A stretch of 64,000 bases of DNA, from positions 2,243,628 through 2,307,627 of the forward strand of contig OZ037771.1 in the NCBI GenBank assembly GCA_964035545.1. Direction: 5' to 3'. Shown one piece after another: positions 25,758 to 36,528 of this stretch. The DNA comes from Bugula neritina (taxonomy: Eukaryota; Animalia; Bryozoa). The notes beneath the pieces were generated by a model. That model was not told the origin of the DNA and made no database searches. It saw only the letters and a program-made list of their open reading frames with translations. Each line of letters opens with the position of its first letter. Position 1 is the first letter of the stretch. The position numbers were made by a program, and so were the translations under genes.

Positions 25758-27013
25758 ATGAATTTTCTTCAAATCTCTGTGTTTGCTATTTTGGTTATCT
25801 CTATTAATTCGTATGTATTTATAGAGGACTATCCTAGTAAGTTATATAATCAAGTAGTATTTGTTATCTCGCAATATGCAATCTCTAACATCTACATAAG
25901 TTTTATTTTGGGAAATCTTTCATTTTAGTAACAATTAGCTTGAGAAGCATCTTAAGATAGTCATTAAAGTTATGATTGAATAGTTAGTATGCATACAGTA
26001 TCTGCTGTAATTATAATATAATTTACAAGATATTTCAAGACTCCTAAAACATAGTTGAACATTAAAACTGTTATTAAGTTTCTGATGCAAATATTTGCTT
26101 TGTTAGGCGACCATAAAACACTAATCATATGTTATAAAAATTAACTTTTACATACAAACAATTCTATTTTTGGTAAATTTGTTGTTAAAGTATTTATGTA
26201 AGAAATTATATCTTTTTAAAATGTATAAGCAGCCAAAAATCACAAATTTTTAATTTTTAATTGACACGAGTTTCATGTAAAATGTAAATCTAAATTTGCT
26301 TCCTCAATTCTTGATATCATTCTTGGCTGTAGAATGCTAAAGCTGCTCTGTTTTTGGTAACAAAATAACTAATCCTGTACTTTCATGTCTACTTCTACAG
26401 AACTTAAGATATCCAAATATGAGCTGAATAGCAATTTCTAATGCTGGGTTTAAGTTTTCTATTTGTTAGCCTGTTCTGCTTATTTCCAGAGTGTAATCGC
26501 TACCCGGCAGGCACTGTTTTCTTATCTAGAGTCTATTGTGAGAAAAGAACCTGCTTAACCACCAAACCTCTAGCTTACGGCGTAGGGTGAGTCCAATATT
26601 CTTTTACTTACATGAAATATTTATAAATTATTGCTTCAAAAACAGTATAATGTTCCTAACTGTAACATTTAGGTTTTGCACTTCATAACAATATTTTATA
26701 TTCTTTATGATAAATCTTGTTATTATTCAATAATTGCTGAATTTAATCTTAATTTTAAACAGCTGTTTTTATAACTAGTAGTTGGCAAATGAAAGCTAAC
26801 CTAGAACAAAAAATTATACTAATAATAATAAATTGAAATGGTGCAACAAAATGTTAATTTTCTGTTACTTGCAGATGTGCTGCTTTTTATATACGGCTGA
26901 CACCAGAGCAGAAGGCTCAGGGGTGTGTAATAAAACAAGTACAGCTTTCCAGAAAAGTGAGATTTCCAGATTGTTGCAACAGATATGTAGACTGCCCATC
27001 TCAAACAAACTAA
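25758..27013 (+). CDS. Secreted SVWC-like protein, copy 3 (104 aa)
   Basis: Exons 25758-25836, 26490-26586, 26875-27013. MNFLQISVFAILVISINSYVFIEDYPKCNRYPAGTVFLSRVYCEKRTCLTTKPLAYGVGCAAFYIRLTPEQKAQGCVIKQVQLSRKVRFPDCCNRYVDCPSQTN*. Confidence 0.88.
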
Positions 27014-27795
27014 ATTAATATGGAGTCATCAGGCTAAATAAACTTGAGTATATTATGTAATCCCAGAGACATATTTTTGTTGAACCTAAACAGTTATAAT
27101 GCATTTTTATGACTTTGAGCTTTTATAAATTATGTAGTTTTGCAGAATCTCTCAGTAATTTTCACTTGAAAAAGTAAGTTTTAGCAGTTTGTAAAAATAT
27201 ATATGAATATTTCAACATGCAGTAAACCGTTGCTTTGAATTATCTTGAAATTTTTGCTATAATTTTATTGAAACAAACATAATATGTTGCATGTACTATA
27301 GATAACATGGATAAGTAGTATAAGATACGCAACAAATCGTAAAGTCTATAGTGTTGAACATCAGTTAACCAATAGAGCTTTATGTACTTATTCATAGCTA
27401 TATATGCTTACATACATGTAGCTCTATGTACTTACACATAGCTATATATACTTACATGTAGCCCTATGTACTTACACATAGCTATATATGCTAGCACATG
27501 CATCATAACAATTGCATAATCACACCGAAAATAGAAGCAGTATTTGGTGCCCCTTCTCCTGGAAACAATATAAAACAACTTTTGTAAAAGCTTGTTCCAA
27601 GAACTTGCAGATCTAAAAAGCTTTTGGTATTCATAATTATATGAAGAAAACTGAGATTTTTATTGCAAATAAGTTTCTTCAAAAGTTTGTATAATGGCAT
27701 GTTGCATATTTATTAGAACTGTATAAATCACAATGAATGTAATGTACAGAAGAATTAATATTTGAAAACTTACAGTTGTAGATAGCCTTCTTCAA

Positions 27796-27833
27796 TGAAG
27801 CGTTGCATAATAATATTATTATGCAACGCTTCA
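27796..27833. repeat. Perfect 38-bp palindrome upstream of SVWC copy 4
   Basis: tgaagcgttgcataataat|attattatgcaacgcttca. Confidence 0.9.
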
Positions 27834-27914
27834 CATCAGTGATTCAGTAGAATGTAGAACAACAACCAATATCTGTTCTGCTCTACAACCACAAGCATTA
27901 TTCAACCACCAGCT

Positions 27915-29194
27915 ATGCAGTACTTGTACTGTGTAACAGTTTTCTGCTTTATCATAAGTAGCTTAATCATAGAGAGCATCAATGGCTACCTATTTTACAT
28001 ACAGAACCCAGGTAAGTACATTTGTGCACAAACTAGATCAATCTATCCCAGCATATTGATTAATTTGTGAATCAGTCATAAAAATGCCTTTTAGGTAATG
28101 TGACAGGTCATGTGACAGAAGATTTGAACAGTTTTCAAACCTTCAACTAATTTTGGCTAAATGCCTAGCCAGTAGCCAAGTTTTTTTGCAAAATATAATT
28201 TGTTATGCAAGAGTTTTTTTTTTCGAAAACTCCACTGGACCTACTTTAAGCAGACAATTATAGGCTATTTCAGTACAACTCAAATCTGTATGCCACAATT
28301 TTGCAAAATATTAAAAGCAAGTTACATATACTTTGATGTCTTGCTGTTGTTTTGTGAACAAACTTCATCAGTAAGCTAGGCAAGGGAGAAGCTATGGTCT
28401 AGGGGTTAGAGTGCTAATTTAGAAAAGCATAAGGTTAACGGTTCCCAGTCCAAAGACATTGATATTACTATATTAGGAAGAGCATTTAATAATAAGTCCG
28501 TTTTTGTTACGTTAGAAGCAAGTCCTTAACTCAATTTAAAAACCGTTCCATCAAGACTTTCACGGGATGGTGACTATAAAACACATGAGTGTTGTATTTG
28601 TACTACTTGGCAACTTAAAACTTCTCAACTTCATTCACCAGACTTATCTAATGCCCTCCTTGCTTTCATAGACTGTCAACACTACCCTGTAGGAACTGAG
28701 ATAAGTTCTTCAGAGAGATGTGAAAAACTTACCTGCACTCAAAATATCCCTTGGGCTAGAGGTGAGGGGTAAGTAAACATAGAACTATGAACTGTTTATT
28801 AGCTTTTCAGCAATATATCAGCAGTTGCCAAATATTAAATGGCAGTTTGTGGAACTTTTAGTGCTATAAAGCGTATAAATCAGAGAGTTTAAAACCTTCA
28901 CACAATAAAACATTGAGTTATGCATATAGCTACGGCCTGCAGGCCTGCAAGTGAAAAGTTATAATAGCTAGTAAACCTTTGGTTTTACACAGATGTAGCC
29001 TAACAGATTTAGTGATGTCAGATGAACAGATAGCGATGGGGTGCCGAGTGACGCAGATAGATGTCGGGGAAGGAGTTATTTACCCAGACTGCTGCCTCAA
29101 ACACATCGAGTGTCCATTGTCAGCTAGACTAATGACTGTAAATAAGACAGCTGACCATTTGGATATTTCGTTGGCAGATATGCGTTCTAGATAG
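27915..29194 (+). CDS. Divergent, acidic secreted SVWC-like protein, copy 4 (131 aa)
   Basis: Exons 27915-28011, 28672-28768, 28993-29194, with the same 97-nt exon 2 and the same phases. MQYLYCVTVFCFIISSLIIESINGYLFYIQNPDCQHYPVGTEISSSERCEKLTCTQNIPWARGEGCSLTDLVMSDEQIAMGCRVTQIDVGEGVIYPDCCLKHIECPLSARLMTVNKTADHLDISLADMRSR*. Confidence 0.88.
28381..28592 (+). mobile_element. tRNA-derived SINE, degraded copy, in SVWC copy 4 intron 1
   Basis: Aligns with 32531-32735 (taggggttagagtgct...ggttc...taggaagagcat...caagtcctta...gggatggtga...tgagt). Confidence 0.65.
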
Positions 29195-30852
29195 TTCTAG
29201 AAAGTATTAAAGCAATTACTAAACAATTCTAGAATATAGAGAGTACTATTATTTAGATAGCAATAAATAGAACAACAGTTACAACTACTTTCACTTAAGC
29301 TGGTGTAATTAGATGATTCTCCTCTGTAGATGATATCACCTTATTATCTGCAACAAAGAAATATGATTCCTATAATCTAAAGTTACAACCATATATCTGT
29401 TAGGAGCTATGAATCGGCAGACAGCTATAAGGACTAACTTTGAAATTCTTTTATCTCTCATTACACTCACAGCTTATGGCATTTACTATTAGTGGTGTTT
29501 ATATACTGCTAGTGATACATGATATGTGGAATTGCGTGCGAATGTAAAGTTCATCAAGTATACAGAATTCCCATAGGTATATAGATATTTTATGCTTAGA
29601 TGTGAATGTGTAAAGCTTCAGCTATTCAACATTGGTTTAAAATCTAGTTTTGCAGAAGAGAATGTTTACTTCAACATTGAAATTATTACTATATTATATG
29701 CAACTTCATTTTAAATTTAGGATGTATAAAAACCACAACTACTTGCGTTATTATATAGTACTGTATATAAAGCAAATTAATAAATACAATAACCCAATAT
29801 TCTCTGTTCATTCTTGCATAGAGGTGGTGCAGTAATGGGGAGATTCAGAAAATCCTAGGTTCTGAATGAGAAACATTGCAAAGGAGTTATACTCCCATGA
29901 TGAGCTTAACAAAGGCTAAAATCTGTTCAAACAATTAGAGAACTTAGATTATTAACTTTTTATTACCGCTCTTGAAGATCTGCTTGCCCAATTTCAAAGC
30001 TATGCACCAAAAATTTTTTATTTTAAAACTACAAATCACACTAGTGAAATTTAAAAACATATCTAAATATCAATTATAGGCACTACTAAAGAAGCTATTT
30101 CATTGTATCGTCTTTATTGTGCGACAAAACCACATCCCTAATCTCACATCATATAGCCAATGGTATTTGAAGCTTCAACCAGCAGCCCTAAATATTTTAC
30201 CCTAAACCCAACTGTCAATGTAAACTTGGTTATAGTATTATACTGTGGATTAACAATGCTGCATCAGGTTAGTAACTGGTTCAACAGAAACTGTCTAGAT
30301 GACCATTCAGGAGACCAACATCATTTATTATGTAGGAAAAAGGAAGATACTAAAATATATTAATGTTAATTAAAACTGGCTTCTTTGGCTTGAAATTAAT
30401 AGAATAGAAAGCGATAACAAACACTGCATACAGAATAAAGGAAAACTTTCAGTATATAGAAATAACTAGCCCCATTATTGAAAAACTATTGTGAATAATA
30501 CAACTAAACAAATCAGTTTCTCTAAAATCCGAAAGAAGCACAACTGAAAACTAGCTGAAACGTATACAAAAAATTTTTGAAAGAGAAAGCCCCTGGGAAA
30601 ATAATTGTTACCACAAAGTGCTAGTCAAATTTTCGCAAGGCTGAATAGAAACATTCAGCAAGTAGAATAATATTATGGTAATACCATCTTTGTTAATATT
30701 CTATAATCACTTGAGAAGTAGAAATAACGAAGATATTCAAACTCTGCAAGAAGGTAAAATCTCATTGGCTACGTAACTTGTCAAGTATAAGTGTCACTAA
30801 ACAGCTTCAGCTTTGCTGACAAATCTTGCGACTGACTTAGATGGAAAGGAAG

Positions 30853-33800
30853 TTACAGTTTTGATAGCTTTTCCTTGTGTATGATCACGTCACTAGGTAT
30901 CTTGTTTACATCAGCCACTCCTAAAACATATTGTACACAACTTCTAAATACACACAGCAGTATTAGATATGGCTTCACTTTACGTTCTCAACCATCACAT
31001 CTCAAACATAACTATTCTATCACATGTTCAGAGCTCAGCTTACATACTCCTTTACCAAAGAGTAAGGTTCCAGTGTCTGTTGATGTGAAATAACCTGGTG
31101 TGTAAATGGGGTTGACATTAAATTTGTCCTTTAAAACGCGTGGGTGGTATATTTACAATTAATGAATAAGAAATCAGACAGCGAAATTACTAAAAACACG
31201 TCTGTAAGAGAGTCACATCAAGTTACCACAAATTACTTTTACTGACTGTCAACCAATCATGGCTTAGTGTCTAAATTAATATTTATTTTAATCATAAGCA
31301 ACTTTTCTACTTTATACTAAATAACAATTAGGAACAAAAATAAATATTTGCTGGTATTGCAACCAAGTTACCAAAGATAAGATATGCATAATACAACATA
31401 AAGTAATATATTGTAATATAACGATATTATATCAAAATGTAATACAACATAATACCATATAAACTAACCTAATACAATACATAATACCATATAATATAAA
31501 CCAATGTTTTATAATAACACAATGTAATGTTATATACATAGTATATACATTTATTATAACTCAAATCTTTTATGAAGTAGACAGGATGAAGGTAAAACAT
31601 GTTCCAAAATGTTCAATCTAATCAGAGCAGGAAATGAGTATGAATAAATCACTTACCAGCCATGATCATAGTATGAGTAAGTCCTTTCTTGTATATCTCC
31701 AGAACTTTCTCTACACCTTTCATACCCTGAAGAAATATTTACTCTACACATACGACACACATTGCGCTGAAAACTAACCATTTATGGAAGAACATTAGAA
31801 CTTATGTCAAAAAAAGAGTGATATATACTATATATATTCCACTATTTTATGGTTAGTTTTACAGGCTATTGTAAGACCTACAAAGGTGGCGGAATTTACA
31901 TTTTAAAGAAGAGATAAAATTACAAGACAAGGTAATGCTAACCAGATCAAGTCACAGCCAATACTGAACAATTCCAAGTCAAGTCCAACTTAAATTGACT
32001 AAAACTTACTTAAATTAAATTTAAAGTATAGCATATCTATAGTACCTAATGTAGTATGATGCAAGAAATACCATTTAATAATCCAGCAATACCTCACAGG
32101 CCATTCCCCAAAGAATAGGTCTTCCAACAAACACAGCCTTAGCACCAAGGGCTAAAGCTGTGAAAAGGTTGGCACCCGACCGGACGCCCCCATCCATGTA
32201 CACCTCACACCGATGACCAACTGCAGCTACAACTTCAGGCAGAACATCTATAGGAGCTGGCACAGGACAGAATTGTCTTCCCCCGTGGTTAGAGACTAAA
32301 ATGGCGTCTGCACCGGCCGAAGCTGCTTGAATAGCGTCTCTGGCCGACAAAACCCCTGAAATATAAGATGGCAGGAAGTGAGTTTGAACTGACAACCAAT
32401 AGCATATTCACCATCAGCAGATACCAAACGGTAAATATAAGTGAAATGGCACACTGGATAAGAACTCAGACTACTAGTTGATCGGAACCTTACATGGCAA
32501 GGCAAAATTAACACACCAATATTAATTCTTAGGGGCAGTTGTAGCGTAGGGGTTAGAGTGCTGGCTTAGTAAACACAAGGTAAATGGTTCAAATCTCAGG
32601 CCATCGGTGATGTTAGGAAGAGCATCCAGCCATAATTGCTCCTTTGCCACAACAAAAAACAAGTCCTTACAACCTTAAAAAACCCTTTCTAACAGGGGTT
32701 CTCACAGGGATGGTGATTAAAAACCTGTGTGAGTTTTAGTTGTTAGTTCAAAAGTAAGGATTAGTTTTCAGTTGATATGAGCGAACCCATTATTAATCCA
32801 AGTGAAAAACTGGCCATTAGTTAAATGTGTGAACCAGCCATTAGTCACTTTAGAAGTGTAGGTGACACATTTAATGTCATGGAAAAAACTAAGAAAAGTT
32901 AAGAACAGTAAGAAGGACCTTTGATAATGACAGGTAGTCTAGTGATAGACTTGAGCCACTCGATATCACTCCACGTTACGGAGACATCAGGCATAGGGAA
33001 TTCTGGGTCAGAGGGTTCCACTGCTTGGGTGAATTGCTTGATATTAGCGTAGCTAGTAATGAAGTACAAAAATATTATTAATAATATTATTAATATTAAA
33101 TTAATAACATTTAATATTAATAATAATTAAATAAAGTCATATTATTAATGATATTAGCAGTAATAACAATATATTATAATGCACCTAATTAGTTCACCAC
33201 TAAAAGTAAAAGAGAATGCAATGGGTTGACTCGGTGCAGGTGGTTTACCTGGTGGCTGGTGAGTGGACAATAGCCGGGCTGGCTGCTGGGTTCGATTTTG
33301 CTAATCCTAAAACAAAGCCATGAAAACCAGCAGCTTCGGCACGTCTCACCAGGTTCTCTGTCCAATCCCTCTTCCTAAAATTCAAGTTGAAGAAATTTGA
33401 AAAAAATGATTACAACACAAATGGTAAGTTCTAAGAAAAATGAAAAAATCCATTGTCCCAAATATTTGTAGATGGTTTTTTCAGTGTATGTTAGCGCTGA
33501 CAGCTAAAAACAAGCACCTGATAAACATAGACTGCCTCTCCTACCTGTTCTGACAGCAAATACAAGGTTTACAGCTTGAAGCTGAAAAAATAGACTAGTT
33601 TAAGTTACATGCTTACTTGTAAATGTAAATGTTTAAAAACTTGAGTCCAGTTTCAGAGCCAGTTACCAAATCCTCCATTGTGGTGGCGGCCCAGCCACTC
33701 ATAGCGAATCCAACTCCTTTCCTTTTAGCAGCTTCAAAATGAAAATATTCATAGTGAGATGAAAAACTTCCATTTAAACTGAAAAAAAAATATATGGCCG

Positions 33801-35273
33801 CATCAATGCTTCAAGATTTATCAAACAATGACCTTGAAATGTTTCACCGAGTTATTAAAGCTTCTGGTATCAAAGTTTATTAAGAATAGGAATATTGTGG
33901 CTAGTTGTCAATAATTCAAAGTTTTATGTTAAGAATCTGGTGAGGCGATTCAAAAAGCAAAAATTTTTCATTAAATAATAAAAAAAGTAAATACTTATTT
34001 GTATCAAAAAAGTAGCCAATAGTATAAAATAAAGCTGAAGTACATGTAGTGTCAAATCTCAAAGTTTAAAATTTAATATTAAATTGTAACATTAAACCAA
34101 TTTTATTTTAATTTATATTAAATTTCATAACATGGACTATTGAAAATTAGTAACCACACGTCTCTTAATTTGCTTGGAACACGAGTTTTCAACTTACATT
34201 TAGGCCTACTTAAAACCATCTGAAGAAGTTACAACTTTCAAGCCATATTTGCTAATAAATTGAAATAAACTACAGAATTAAGGGGAGACTACTGTTAGAT
34301 TCACAGAAACTACTGTGTGCAGACAATTCACTTCCAAAAAATTCAAAGCTGATTCTTTACCTAAAGTTGTAGATACTTAGAGATATAAATGTGACTTAAG
34401 CCCTGAACTTACCTGTGGCAGGTATATGTTCAGCACGCTTGTCTATTTTATACTGCATGCCCATTGGACAGATACATAGCGGGAAATCCACAGCATGTCC
34501 GAGGATTGTGGTAGATGTGTTGATCTTAGAGACATCATTGACAAGGTATGGTCTCAAAAGGTAACTGGCAAAAAGTTGACATATTTAATTACGACAATAA
34601 AATGTATAGACCTAAAAGAAATACATATTAGTCAAAAATGTGAACCTTACATACAAAACAGTCTTTTTAGAACAATCTGGATTTTTTGTTGTTTGTAAAA
34701 ATAGAGTGTATGCAAACTCATGTAATGAAAGGCAAACGTGAATAATATATTTAAAATTCCATACAGGGTGCTGCAGAAGTTAGTGACTAGGTAACAAATA
34801 GATAGTAACTAGGTAGCAAATAGATAGCAACTAGGTAGCAAGAAGAGAGTAACTAGATAGCAAGTAGATAGTAACTAGGTAGCAAATAGATAGTAACTAG
34901 GTAGCAAGTAGAGAGTAACTAGATAGTAACATCATCAAAGCACAAAAACAACCATCAGACAATAAAATGAGCTAAATCAACAAAAAAAAAAATAGCAAGC
35001 AAGCTAAACTCAAGTGATTGAGTCAAAATCATGCATGTTCTTAATACTTTAAAATAGATTTCAACAGAAATTACTTGCCTGAGTGACTTACTTATTAAAT
35101 GCTCTGGCATTATCGTCAGGCTGGCTTCCTGCCCCTCCAGCTACATATTTCTCAAACGAAGGCTCAAAGCGTTTCTTTGCTTCCTTTCTGTAGTCTTCAA
35201 TCGTTTCCACTTGAATTAAATAAAATTTCATAGAATTAATTGTCAGTAACATACTTATACTACTAATCGACAT
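30853..35273 (-). CDS. FMN-dependent alpha-hydroxy acid oxidase (glycolate oxidase/HAO family), peroxisomal, about 350-370 aa
   Basis: Exons 35273(start uncertain)-35092, 34564-34413, 33731-33617, 33374-33249, 33052-32919, 32355-32093, 31726-31657, 30920-30853. Motifs PVIIKG, SNHGGRQ, DGGVRSG, GAKAVFVGRP. C-terminal ...KLSKL* is a PTS1. Confidence 0.9.
32531..32735 (+). mobile_element. tRNA-derived SINE in HAO intron 5
   Basis: Pol III A-box-like tagcgtaggggttagagtgc and B-box-like ggttcaaatct, then a non-tRNA body (ggaagagcatccagcc...). Second copy at 28381. Confidence 0.7.
34783..34930. repeat. 22-bp minisatellite (about 6.5 copies) in the HAO intron upstream of exon 34564-34413
   Basis: Unit approximately gatagtaactaggtagcaaata. 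Confidence 0.85.
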
Positions 35274-36528
35274 GACCTACTAGCCAACCCACGCATCACA
35301 GTCACTATAGCTGATCCGAATTAGTAAAAGGATCACATTGATAGTTATTAAAGCCATATATATTGTATTAAATACTCTAGGGTAAAAAGCACTACTTAAA
35401 ATGATGTGCAAAAACTGTTTAGTTATCACCAACTCTGCTAGTGCTAACTTTAGCTAAGAATTTAAGCCATTTCCATTTCGGTTTCCGATTAACTAACCAG
35501 TAACCTAGTAGAATTGGATCATTGACAAAAACTGCACTACTGTAAGCTGTGACTCAACCACAAGTTATAGTAGAAATTGAAAAAATCTGTAATCAGTATG
35601 GACATCAACACGAGCATTACTCACTGCTAGTAGTACTGGTATCACTACTAGTAGCGGTTGAACTTGAACTTGAGGTTGATGCAACAGAATGGAGAACGAG
35701 ATAATACGCCGGGCGTTGTTCTTACTAAAAAATTTTTTTTAATTTTCAAGATGTAATTATTTTGAGAATTTCAACTGTATTACAGCTAGTATGTATCACA
35801 TATGAATGATGAACGCACTAGAACACTAATCACAATGATCCGTGCAAGATATTTACGCCCAGTATATTAAAAGGAAATACAGAATAAAAGGTTAAAACGG
35901 GTAAAGTAGCGGCGACAAAAGTCGAATAAGCTTCGCCGCCTGTATTAATAACGGAGAAATATATACATTAACCGACTAAATGAAGGTCCTCTACCTCTTC
36001 ACAAATATAGTTATTCATTTGGGGTTATCCTACCTTTAATATATGTAGCATTCATAGGCTTTGCTTCTTTTATCAACTTATACAAGAATTGCCACTGAAT
36101 AAAACTATAGTCAAGTTAAATTTAGAAACTTTGAAATACAAACAGACCAAAAATATTTATTACGATTGAGAAATTACAATAAATCAAAGTACTTTAGAAT
36201 TGTGCTACTTTTACAGCTATTTCAAGTGATTACAAAATTTATGAACCAGAACACTACAGGTAAATGTAAACAATAGAAGGCGATCATACCTGTTTGATAT
36301 TATAATATGCTGAAAATTTTATGGGCGAATTATATTATATTGTAGGTTTCAATCAAATGTAACACAAATGTAACATGAAGATATATCAATAATTTATTCT
36401 GCAATTATTTCCATAAATACAATCAACAAGACCATGTTCTAAGGACTAGCAAATGAAGTTTTATATAAAAATAAATGAATCTAAGTCACAAAATAGAAAG
36501 TTGATCAGTTGAGAGAAACAGTGAAGCA

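Larger units (their letters stand above)
20220..28297 (+). repeat. Tandem array of 2-3 kb units carrying SVWC genes
   Basis: High-identity copies: about 20500-22600, 22600-24700 and 25600-27660. 20220-20500 recurs at about 25327-25610. About 24720-25327 recurs at about 27670-28297. Confidence 0.9.

Noticed and set aside
28381-32735. tRNA-like A/B boxes at 28381 and 32531 as tRNA genes
   Set aside because: No closed cloverleaf; a shared non-tRNA body and divergence between copies indicate a SINE.
32911-32918. HAO donor GTCCTT as a U12-type intron
   Set aside because: Does not match GTATCCTT; treated as a weak U2 donor.
34783-34930. Regular repeats as a CRISPR array
   Set aside because: Head-to-tail units without unique spacers in a eukaryotic intron; no cas genes.
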